Assembly (NCBI GenBank): GCA_964057225.1
Contig: OZ059897.1
Location: forward strand, 7,874,001 to 7,938,000
Direction: 5' to 3'
Length of the DNA: 64,000 nt
DNA from: Auanema rhodensis
Lineage: Eukaryota; Animalia; Nematoda
Every line of letters begins with the position of its first letter. Within the stretch, counting starts at the first letter, position 1. Below the pieces are notes generated by a model. That model was not told the DNA's origin, ran no database searches, and saw only the letters and a program-made list of their open reading frames with translations. A program made the position numbers and the translations under genes. Below, in pieces: positions 1-11,900 of this stretch.

Positions 1-118
1 TCTCTTTTTGCTTCAACACCTTCTGAATCTGGATAAAGTACATTTTTGATATTTTCAAAGTGTGGACCCAATGACTTGTAGTTCGAACTTGATGTGCAAA
101 GATATAACGAGAGCGTCA

Positions 119-191
119 GCCCGCGTGGCCTAATGGATAAGGCGTCTGACTTCTAATCAGAAGATTGTCGGTTCGATCCCGGCCGTGGGCT
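119..191 (+). tRNA. tRNA-Arg-TCT: tRNA-Arg, anticodon TCT, intronless (representative first copy; repeats every 194 bp)
   Basis: Folded by hand: acceptor GCCCGCG/CGTGGGC (one G-U), D-arm GCCT-AATGGATA-AGGC, anticodon arm TCTGA-CT[TCT]AA-TCAGA (anticodon 152-154), 5-nt variable loop, T-arm GTCGG-TTCGATC-CCGGC. Length is 73 nt, discriminator is T, and CCA is not encoded (eukaryotic). Confidence 0.96.
126..180 (+). promoter_or_regulatory. Internal Pol III type-2 promoter: A box TGGCCTAATGG (126-136) and B box GGTTCGATCCC (170-180), in every unit
   Basis: Both match the standard eukaryotic A and B box consensus. Confidence 0.9.
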
Positions 192-198
192 TCATCTC

Positions 199-203
199 TT
201 TTT
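199..203 (+). terminator. Pol III terminator T5 (representative; T7 in some units)
   Basis: TTTTT starts 8 nt after the discriminator base in nearly every unit. Confidence 0.85.
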
Positions 204-2834
204 GCTTCAACACCTTTTGAATGTGGATAAAGTACATTTCTGATATTTTCAAAGTGTGGACCCAATGACTTGTAGTTCGAACTTGATGTGCCAAGATATA
301 ACGAGAACGTCAGCCCGCGTGGCCTAATGGATAAGGCGTCTGACTTCTAATCAGAAGATTGTCGGTTCGATCCCGGCCGTGGGCTTTATCTCTTTTTGCT
401 TCAACACCTTTTGAATCTGGATAAAGTACATTTCTGATATTTTCAAAGTGTGGACCCAATGACTTGTAGTTCGAACTTGATGTGCCAAGATATAACGAGA
501 GCGTCAGCCCGCGTGGCCTAATGGATAAGGCGTCTGACTTCTAATCAGAAGATTGTCGGTTCGATCCCGGCCGTGGGCTTCATCTCTTTTTGCTTCAACA
601 CATTCTGAATCTGGATAAAGTACATTTTTGATATTTTCAAAGTGTGGACCCAATGACTTGTAGTTCGAACTTGATGTGCCAAGATATAACGAGAGCGTCA
701 GCCCGCGTGGCCTAATGGATAAGGCGTCTGACTTCTAATCAGAAGATTGTCGGTTCGATCCCGGCCGTGGGCTTCATCTCTTTTTGCTTCAACACCTTCT
801 GAATCTGGATAAAGTACATTTTTGATATTTTCAAAGTGTGGACCCAATGACTTGTAGTTCGAACTTGATGTGCCAAGATATAACGAGAGCGTCAGCCCGC
901 GTGGCCTAATGGATAAGGCGTCTGACTTCTAATCAGAAGATTGTCGGTTCGATCCCGGCCGTGGGCTTCATCTCTTTTTGCTTCAACACCTTTTGAATGT
1001 GGATAAAGTACATTTCTGATATTTTCAAAGTGTGGACCCAATGACTTGTAGTTCGAACTTGATGTGCCAAGATATATCGAGAGTGTCAGCCCGCCTGGCC
1101 TAATGGATAAGGCGTCTGACTTCTAATCAGAAGATTGTCGCTTCGATCCCGGCCGTGGGCTTCATCTCTTTTTGCTTCAACACCTTTTGAATCTGGATAA
1201 AGTACATTTCTGATATTTTCAAAGTGTGGACCCAATGACTTGTAGTTCGAACTTGATGTGCCAAGATATATCGAGAGTGTCAGCCCGCGTGGCCTAATGG
1301 ATAAGGCGTCTGACTTCTAATCAGAAGATTGTCGCTTCGATCCCGGCCGTGGGCTTCATCTCATTTTGCTTCAACACCTTCTGAATCTGGATAAAGTACA
1401 TTTCTGATATTTTCAAAGTGTGGACCCAATGACTTGTAGTTCGAACTTGATGTGCCAAGATATATCGAGAGTGTCAGCCCGCCTGGCCTAATGGATAAGG
1501 CGTCTGACTTCTAATCAGAAGATTGTCGCTTCGATCCCGGCCGTGGGCTTCATCTCTTTTTGCTTCAACACCTTTTGAATCTGGATAAAGTACATTTCTG
1601 ATATTTTCAAAGTGTGGACCCAATGACTTGTAGTTCGAACTTGATGTGCCAAGATATAACGAGAGCGTCAGCCCGCGTGGCCTAATGGATAAGGCGTATG
1701 ACTTCTAATCAGAAGATTGTCGGTTCGATCCCGGCCGTGGGCTTCATCTCTTTTTGCTTCAACACCTTCTGATTCTGGATAAAGTACATTTCTGATATTT
1801 TCAAAGTATGGACCCAATGACTTGTAGTTCGAACTTGATGTGCCAAGATATAACGAGAGCGTCAGCCCGCGTGGCCTAATGGATAAGGCGTCTGACTTCT
1901 AATCAGAAGATTGTCGGTTCGATCCCGGCCGTGGGCTTCATCTCTTTTTGCTTCAACACCTTCTGAATCTGGATAAAGTACATTTTTGATATTTTCAAAG
2001 TCGGGACCCAATGACTTGTAGTTCGAACTTGATGTGCCAAGATATAAAGAGAGCGTCAGCCCGCGTGGCCTAATGGATAAGGCGTCTGACTTCTAATCAG
2101 AAGATTGTCGGTTCGATCCCGGCCGTGGGCTTTATCTCTTTTTGCTTCAACACCTTTTGAATCTGGATAAAGTACATTTCTGATACTTTCAAAGTGTGGA
2201 CCCAATGACTTGTAGTTCGAACTTGATGTGCCAAGATATAACGAGAGCGTCAGCCCGCGTGGCCTAATGGATAAGGCGTCTGACTTCTAATCAGAAGATT
2301 GTCGGTTCGATCCCGGCCGTGGGCTTCATCTCTTTTTGCTTCAACACCTATTGAATGTGGATAAAGTACATTTCTGATATTTTCAAAGTGTGGACCCAAT
2401 GACTTGTAGTTCGAACTTGATGTGCCAAGATATAACGAGAGCGTCAGCCCGCGTGGCCTAATGGATAAGGCGTCTGACTTCTAATCAGAAGATTGTCGCT
2501 TCGATCCCGGCCGTGGGCTTCATCTCTTTTTGCTTCAACACCTTCTGAATCTGGATAAAGTACATTTTTGATATTTTCAAAGTGTGGATCCAATGACTTG
2601 TAGTTCGAACTTGATGTGCAAAGATATAACGAGAGCGTCAGCCCGCGTGGCCTAATGGATAAGGCGTCTGACTTCTAATCAGAAGATTGTCGGTTCGATC
2701 CCGGCCGTGGGCTTCATCTCTTTTTGCTTCAACACCTTTTGAATGTGGATAAAGTACATTTCTGATATTTTCAAAGTGTGGACCCAATGACTTGTAGTTC
2801 GAACTTGATGTGCCAAGATATAACGAGAACGTCA

Positions 2835-2907
2835 GCCCGCGTGGCCTAATGGATAAGGCGTCTGACTTCTAATCAGAAGATTGTCGGTTCGATCTCGGAC
2901 GTGGGCT
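2835..2907 (+). pseudogene. Variant tRNA-Arg copy with damaged T-stem/B box (GATCTCGGAC instead of GATCCCGGCC)
   Basis: Linked C61T and C65A changes. The same variant occurs in copies starting at 4969, 5939, 7685 and 9819. Confidence 0.55.
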
Positions 2908-5900
2908 TCATCTCATTTTGCTTCAACACCTTCTGAATCTGGATAAAGTACATTTCTGATATTTTCAAAGTGTGGACCCAATGACTTGTAGTTCGAACTT
3001 GATGTGCCAAGATATAAAGAGAGCGTCAGCCCGCGTGGCCTAATGGATAAGGCGTCTGACTTCTAATCAGAAGATTGTCGGTTCGATCCCGGCCGTGGGC
3101 TTCATCTCTTTTTGCTTCAACACCTTCTGATTCTGGATAAAGTACATTTCTGATATTTTCAAAGTATGGACCCAATGACTTGTAGTTCGAACTTGATGTG
3201 CCAAGATATAACGAGAGCGTCAGCCCGCGTGGCCTAATGGATAAGGCGTCTGACTTCTAATCAGAAGATTGTCGGTTCGATCCCGGCCGTGGGCTTCATC
3301 TCTTTTTGCTTCAACACCTTTTGAATCTGGATAAAGTACATTTCTGATATTTTCAAAGTATGGACCCAATGACTTGTAGTTCGAACTTGATGTGCCAAGA
3401 TATAACGAGAGCGTCAGCCCGCGTGGCCTAATGGATAAGGCGTCTGACTTCTAATCAGAAGATTGTCGGTTCGATCCCGGCCGTGGGCTTCATCTCTTTT
3501 TGCTTCAACACCTTTTGAATCTGGATAAAGTACATTTCTGATATTTTCAAAGTGTGGACCCAATGACTTGTAGTTCGAACTTGATGTGCCAAGATATAAC
3601 GAGAGCGTCAGCCCGCGTGGCCTAATGGATAAGGCGTCTGACTTCTAATCAGAAGATTGTCGGTTCGATCCCGGCCGTGGGCTTCATCTCTTTTTGCTTC
3701 AACACCTTTTGAATCTGGATAAAGTACATTTCTGATATTTTCAAAGTGTGGACCCAATGACTTGTAGTTCGAACTTGATGTGCCAAGATATAAAGAGAGC
3801 GTCAGCCCGCGTGGCCTAATGGATAAGGCGTCTGACTTCTAATCAGAAGATTGTCGGTTCGATCCCGGCCGTGGGCTTCATCTCTTTTTGCTTCAACACC
3901 TTCTGATTCTGGATAAAGTACATTTCTGATATTTTCAAAGTATGGACCCAATGACTTGTAGTTCGAACTTGATGTGCCAAGATATAACGAGAGCGTCAGC
4001 CCGCGTGGCCTAATGGATAAGGCGTCTGACTTCTAATCAGAAGATTGTCGGTTCGATCCCGGCCGTGGGCTTCATCTCTTTTTGCTTCAACACCTTCTGA
4101 ATCTGGATAAAGTACATTTTTGATATTTTCAAAGTCGGGACCCAATGACTTGTAGTTCGAACTTGATGTGCCAAGATATAAAGAGAGCGTCAGCCCGCGT
4201 GGCCTAATGGATAAGGCGTCTGACTTCTAATCAGAAGATTGTCGGTTCGATCCCGGCCGTGGGCTTTATCTCTTTTTGCTTCAACACCTTTTGAATCTGG
4301 ATAAAGTACATTTCTGATACTTTCAAAGTGTGGACCCAATGACTTGTAGTTCGAACTTGATGTGCCAAGATATAACGAGAGCGTCAGCCCGCGTGGCCTA
4401 ATGGATAAGGCGTCTGACTTCTAATCAGAAGATTGTCGGTTCGATCCCGGCCGTGGGCTTCATCTCTTTTTGCTTCAACACCTTTTGAATGTGGATAAAG
4501 TACATTTCTGATATTTTCAAAGTGTGGACCCAATGACTTGTAGTTCGAACTTGATGTGCCAAGATATAACGAGAGCGTCAGCCCGCGTGGCCTAATGGAT
4601 AAGGCGTCTGACTTCTAATCAGAAGATTGTCGCTTCGATCCCGGCCGTGGGCTTCATCTCTTTTTGCTTCAACACCTTCTGAATCTGGATAAAGTACATT
4701 TTTGATATTTTCAAAGTGTGGATCCAATGACTTGTAGTTCGAACTTGATGTGCAAAGATATAACGAGAGCGTCAGCCCGCGTGGCCTAATGGATAAGGCG
4801 TCTGACTTCTAATCAGAAGATTGTCGGTTCGATCCCGGCCGTGGGCTTCATCTCTTTTTGCTTCAACACCTTTTGAATGTGGATAAAGTACATTTCTGAT
4901 ATTTTCAAAGTGTGGACCCAATGACTTGTAGTTCGAACTTGATGTGCCAAGATATAACGAGAACGTCAGCCCGCGTGGCCTAATGGATAAGGCGTCTGAC
5001 TTCTAATCAGAAGATTGTCGGTTCGATCTCGGACGTGGGCTTCATCTCATTTTGCTTCAACACCTTCTGAATCTGGATAAAGTACATTTCTGATATTTTC
5101 AAAGTGTGGACCCAATGACTTGTAGTTCGAACTTGATGTGCCAAGATATAAAGAGAGCGTCAGCCCGCGTGGCCTAATGGATAAGGCGTCTGACTTCTAA
5201 TCAGAAGATTGTCGGTTCGATCCCGGCCGTGGGCTTCATCTCTTTTTGCTTCAACACCTTCTGATTCTGGATAAAGTACATTTCTGATATTTTCAAAGTA
5301 TGGACCCAATGACTTGTAGTTCGAACTTGATGTGCCAAGATATAACGAGAGCGTCAGCCCGCGTGGCCTAATGGATAAGGCGTCTGACTTCTAATCAGAA
5401 GATTGTCGGTTCGATCCCGGCCGTGGGCTTCATCTCTTTTTGCTTCAACACCTTTTGAATCTGGATAAAGTACATTTCTGATATTTTCAAAGTATGGACC
5501 CAATGACTTGTAGTTCGAACTTGATGTGCCAAGACATAACGAGAGCGTCAGCCCGCGTGGCCTAATGGATAAGGCGTCTGACTTCTAATCAGAAGATTGT
5601 CGGTTCGATCCCGGCCGTGGGCTTCATCTCTTTTTGCTTCAACACCTTTTGAATCTGGATAAAGTACATTTCTGATATTTTCAAAGTATGGACCCAATGA
5701 CTTGTAGTTCGAACTTGATGTGCCAAGATATAACGAGAGCGTCAGCCCGCGTGGCCTAATTGATAAGGCGTCTGACTTCTAATCAGAAGATTGTCGGTTC
5801 GATCCCGGCCGTGGGCTTCATCTCTTTTTGCTTCAACACCTTTTGAATGTGGATAAAGTACATTTCTGATATTTTCAAAGTGTGGACCCAATGACTTGTA

Positions 5901-8900
5901 GTTCGAACTTGATGTGCCAAGATATAACGAGAACGTCAGCCCGCGTGGCCTAATGGATAAGGCGTCTGACTTCTAATCAGAAGATTGTCGGTTCGATCTC
6001 GGACGTGGGCTTCATCTCATTTTGCTTCAACACCTTCTGAATCTGGATAAAGTACATTTCTGATATTTTCAAAGTGTGGACCCAATGACTTGTAGTTCGA
6101 ACTTGATGTGCCAAGATATAAAGAGAGCGTCAGCCCGCGTGGCCTAATGGATAAGGCGTCTGACTTCTAATCAGAAGATTGTCGGTTCGATCCCGGCCGT
6201 GGGCTTCATCTCTTTTTGCTTCAACACCTTCTGATTCTGGATAAAGTACATTTCTGATATTTTCAAAGTATGGACCCAATGACTTGTAGTTCGAACTTGA
6301 TGTGCCAAGATATAACGAGAGCGTCAGCCCGCGTGGCCTAATGGATAAGGCGTCTGACTTCTAATCAGAAGATTGTCGGTTCGATCCCGGCCGTGGGCTT
6401 CATCTCTTTTTGCTTCAACACCTTTTGAATCTGGATAAAGTACATTTCTGATATTTTCAAAGTATGGACCCAATGACTTGTAGTTCGAACTTGATGTGCC
6501 AAGATATAACGAGAGCGTCAGCCCGCGTGGCCTAATGGATAAGGCGTCTGACTTCTAATCAGAAGATTGTCGGTTCGATCCCGGCCGTGGGCTTCATCTC
6601 TTTTTGCTTCAACACCTTTTGAATCTGGATAAAGTACATTTCTGATATTTTCAAAGTATGGACCCAATGACTTGTAGTTCGAACTTGATGTGCCAAGATA
6701 TAACGAGAGCGTCAGCCCGCGTGGCCTAATTGATAAGGCGTCTGACTTCTAATCAGAAGATTGTCGGTTCGATCCCGGCCGTGGGCTTTATCTCTTTTTG
6801 CTTCAACACCTTTTGAATCTGGATAAAGTACATTTCTGATATTTTCAAAGTGTGGACCCAATGACTTGTAGTTCGAACTTGATGTGCCAAGATATAACGA
6901 GAGCGTCAGCCCGCGTGGCCTAATGAATAAGGCGTCTGACTTCTAATCAGAAGATTGTCGGTTCGATCCCGGCCGTGGGCTTTATCTCTTTTTGCTTCAA
7001 CACCTTTTGAATCTGGATAAAGTACATTTCTGATATTTTCAAAGTATGGACCCAATGACTTGTAGTTCGAACTTGATGTGCCAAGATATAACGAGAGCGT
7101 CAGCCCGCGTGGCCTAATGGATAAGGCGTCTGACTTCTAATCAGAAGATTGTCGGTTCGATCCCGGCCGTGGGCTTCATCTCTTTTTGCTTCAACACCTT
7201 CTGAATCTGGATAAAGTACATTTTTGATATTTTCAAAGTGTGGACCCAATGACTTGTAGTTCGAACTTGATGTGCCAAGATATAACGAGAGCGTCAGCCC
7301 GCGTGGCCTAATGGATAAGGCGTCTGACTTCTAATCAGAAGATTGTCGGTTCGATCCCGGCCGTGGGCTTCATCTCTTTTTGCTTCAACACCTTCTGAAT
7401 CTGGATAAAGTACATTTTTGATATTTTCAAAGTCGGGACCCAATGAGTTGTAGTTCGAACTTGATGTGCCAAGATATAAAGAGAGCGTCAGCCCGCGTGG
7501 CCTAATGGATAAGGCGTCTGACTTCTAATCAGAAGATTGGCGGTTCGATCCCGGCCGTGGGCTTTATCTCTTTTTGCTTCAACACCTTTTGAATCTGGAT
7601 AAAGTACATTTCTGATATTTTCAAAGTGTGGACCCAATGACTTGTAGTTCGAACTTGATGTGCCAAGATATAACGAGAACGTCAGCCCGCGTGGCCTAAT
7701 GGATAAGGCGTCTGACTTCTAATCAGAAGATTGTCGGTTCGATCTCGGACGTGGGCTTCATCTCTTTTTGCTTCAACACCTTCTGAATCTGGATAAAGTA
7801 CATTTTTGATATTTTCAAAGTCGGGACCCAATGACTTGTAGTTCGAACTTGATGTGCCAAGATATAACGAGAGCGTCAGCCCGCGTGGCCTAATGGATAA
7901 GGCGTCTGACTTCTAATCAGAAGATTGTCGGTTCGATCCCGGCCGTGGGCTTTATCTCTTTTTGCTTCAACACCTTTTGAATCTGGATAAAGTACATTTC
8001 TGATATTTTCAAAGTGTGGACCCAATGACTTGTAGTTCGAACTTGATGTGCCAAGATATAACGAGAGCGTCAGCCCGCGTGGCCTAATGGATAAGGCGTC
8101 TGACTTCTAATCAGAAGATTGTCGGTTCGATCCCGGCCGTGGGCTTTATCTCTTTTTGCTTCAACACCTTTTGAATCTGGATAAAGTACATTTCTGATAT
8201 TTTCAAAGTCGGGACCCAATGACTTGTAGTTCGAACTTGATGTGCCAAGATATAAAGAGAGCGTCAGCCCGCGTGGCCTAATGGATAAGGCGTCTGACTT
8301 CTAATCAGAAGATTGTCGGTTCGATCCCGGCCGTGGGCTTTATCTCTTTTTGCTTCAACACCTTTTGAATCTGGATAAAGTACATTTCTGATATTTTCAA
8401 AGTGTGGACCCAATGACTTGTAGTTCGAACTTGATGTGCCAAGATATAACGAGAGCGTCAGCCCGCGTGGCCTAATGGATAAGGCGTCTGACTTCTAATC
8501 AGAAGATTGTCGGTTCGATCCCGGCCGTGGGCTTTATCTCTTTTTGCTTCAACACCTTTTGAATCTGGATAAAGTACATTTCTGATATTTTCAAAGTGTG
8601 GACCCAATGACTTGTAGTTCCAACTTGATGTGCCAAGATATAACGAGAGCGTCAGCCCGCGTGGCCTAATGGATAAGGCGTCTGACTTCTAATCAGAAGA
8701 TTGTCGGTTCGATCCCGGCCGTGGGCTTTATCTCTTTTTGCTTCAACACCTTTTGAATCTGGATAAAGTACATTTCTGATATTTTCAAAGTGTGGACCCA
8801 ATGACTTGTAGTTCGAACTTGATGTGCCAAGATATAACGAGAGCGTCAGCCCGCGTGGCCTAATGGATAAGGCGTCTGACTTCTAATCAGAAGATTGTCG

Positions 8901-11900
8901 GTTCGATCCCGGCCGTGGGCTTCATCTCTTTTTGCTTCAACATCTTTTGAATCTGGATAAAGTACATTTCTGATATTTTCAAAGTGTGGACCCAATGACT
9001 TGTAGTTCGAACTTGATGTGCCAAGATATAACGAGAGCGTCAGCCCGCGTGGCCTAATGGATAAGGCGTCTGACTTCTAATCAGAAGATTGTCGGTTCGA
9101 TCCCGGCCGTGGGCTTTATCTCTTTTTGCTTCAACACCTTTTGAATCTGGATAAAGTACATTTCTGATATTTTCAAAGTGTGGACCCAATGACTTGTAGT
9201 TCGAACTTGATGTGCCAAGATATAACGAGAGCGTCAGCCCGCGTGGCCTAATGGATAAGGCGTCTGACTTCTAATCAGAAGATTGTCGGTTCGATCCCGG
9301 CCGTGGGCTTTATCTATTTTTGCTTCAACACCTTTTGAATCTGGATAAAGTACATTTCTGATATTTTCAAAGTGTGGACCCAATGACTTGTAGTTCGAAC
9401 TTGATGTGCCAAGATATAACGAGAGCGTCAGCCCGCGTGGCCTAATGGATAAGGCGTCTGACTTCTAATCAGAAGATTGTCGGTTCGATCCCGGCCGTGG
9501 GCTTTATCTCTTTTTGCTTCAACACCTTTTGAATCTGGATAAAGTACATTTCTGATATTTTCAAAGTGTGGACCCAATGACTTGTAGTTCGAACTTGATG
9601 TGCCAAGATATAACGAGAGCGTCAGCCCGCGTGGCCTAATGGATAAGGCGTCTGACTTCTAATCAGAAGATTGTCGGTTCGATCCCGGCCGTGGGCTTTA
9701 TCTCTTTTTGCTTCAACACCTTTTGAATCTGGATAAAGTACATTTCTGATATTTTCAAAGTGTGGACCCAATGACTTGTAGTTCGAACTTGATGTGCCAA
9801 GATATAACGAGAACGTCAGCCCGCGTGGCCTAATGGATAAGGCGTCTGACTTCTAATCAGAAGATTGTCGGTTCGATCTCGGACGTGGGCTTCATCTCAT
9901 TTTGCTTCAACACCTTCTGAATCTGGATAAAGTACATTTCTGATATTTTCAAAGTGTGGACCCAATGACTTGTAGTTCGAACTTGATGTGCCAAGATATA
10001 ACGAGAGCGTCAGCCCGCGTGGCCTAATGGATAAGGCGTCTGACTTCTAATCAGAAGATTGTCGGTTCGATCCCGGCCGTGGGCTTCATCTCTTTTTGCT
10101 TCAACATCTTTTGAATCTGGATAAAGTACATTTCTGATATTTTCAAAGTGTGGACCCAATGACTTGTAGTTCGAACTTGATGTGCCAAGATATAACGAGA
10201 GCGTCAGCCCGCGTGGCCTAATGGATAAGGCGTCTGACTTCTAATCAGAAGATTGTCGGTTCGATCCCGGCCGTGGGCTTCATCTCTTTTTGCTTCAACA
10301 CATTTTGAATCTGGATAAAGTACATTTCTGATATTTTCAAAGTGTGGACCCAATGACTTGTAGTTCGAACTTGATGTGCCAAGATATAACGAGAGCGTCA
10401 GCCCGCGTGGCCTAATGGATAAGGGGTCTGACTTCTAATCAGAAGATTGTCGGTTCGATCCCGGCCGTGGGCTTCATCTCTTTTTGCTTCAACATCTTTT
10501 CAATCTGGATAAAGTACATTTCTGATATTTTCAAAGTATGGACCCAATGACTTGTAGTTCGAACTTGATGTGCCAAGATATAACGAGAGCGTCAGCCCGC
10601 GTGGCCTAATGGATAAGGCGTCTGACTTCTAATCAGAAGATTGTCGGTTCGATCCCGGCCGTGGGCTTCATCTCTTTTTGCTTCAACACATTTTGAATCT
10701 GGATAAAGTACATTTCTGATATTTTCAAAGTGTGGACCCAATGACTTGTAGTTCGAACTTGATGTGCCAAGATATAACGAGAGCGTCAGCCCGCGTGGCC
10801 TAATGGATAAGGCGTCTGACTTCTAATCAGAAGATTGTCGGTTCGATCCCGGCCGTGGGCTTCATCTCTTTTTGCTTCAACATCTTTTGAATCTGGATAA
10901 AGTACATTTCTGATATTTTCAAAGTGTGGACCCAATGACTTGTAGTTCGAACTTGATGTGCCAAGATATAACGAGAGCGTCAGCCCGCGTGGCCTAATGG
11001 ATAAGGCGTCTGACTTCTAATCAGAAGATTGTCGGTTCGATCCCGGCCGTGGGCTTCATCTCTTTTTGCTTCAACACATTTTGAATCTGGATAAAGTACA
11101 TTTCTGATATTTTCAAAGTGTGGACCCAATGACTTGTAGTTCGAACTTGATGTGCCAAGATATAACGAGAGCGTCAGCCCGCGTGGCCTAATGGATAAGG
11201 GGTCTGACTTCTAATCAGAAGATTGTCGGTTCGATCCCGGCCGTGGGCTTCATCTCTTTTTGCTTCAACACCTTTTGAATCTGGATAAAGTACATTTCTG
11301 ATATTTTCAAAGTGTGGACCCAATGACTTGTAGTTCGAACTTGATGTGCCAAGATATAACGAGAGCGTCAGCCCGCGTGGCCTAATGGATAAGGCGTCTG
11401 ACTTCTAATCAGAAGATTGTCGGTTCGATCCCGGCCGTGGGCTTCATCTCTTTTTGCTTCAACACCTTTTGAATCTGGATAAAGTACATTTCTGATATTT
11501 TCAAAGTGTGGACCCAATGACTTGTAGTTCGAACTTGATGTGCCAAGATATAACGAGAGCGTCAGCCCGCGTGGCCTAATGGATAAGGCGTCTGACTTCT
11601 AATCAGAAGATTGTAGGTTAGATCCCGGCCGTGGGCTTCATCTCTTTTTGCTTCAACACCTTTTGAATCTGGATAAAGTACATTTCTGATATTTTCAAAG
11701 TGTGGACCCAATGACTTGTAGTTCGAACTTGATGTGCCAAGATATAACGAGAGCGTCAGCCCGCGTGGCCTAATGGATAAGGCGTCTGACTTCTAATCAG
11801 AAGATTGTCGGTTCGATCCCGGCCGTGGGCTTCATCTCTTTTTGCTTCAACACCTTTTGAATCTGGATAAAGTACATTTCTGATATTTTCAAAGTGTGGA

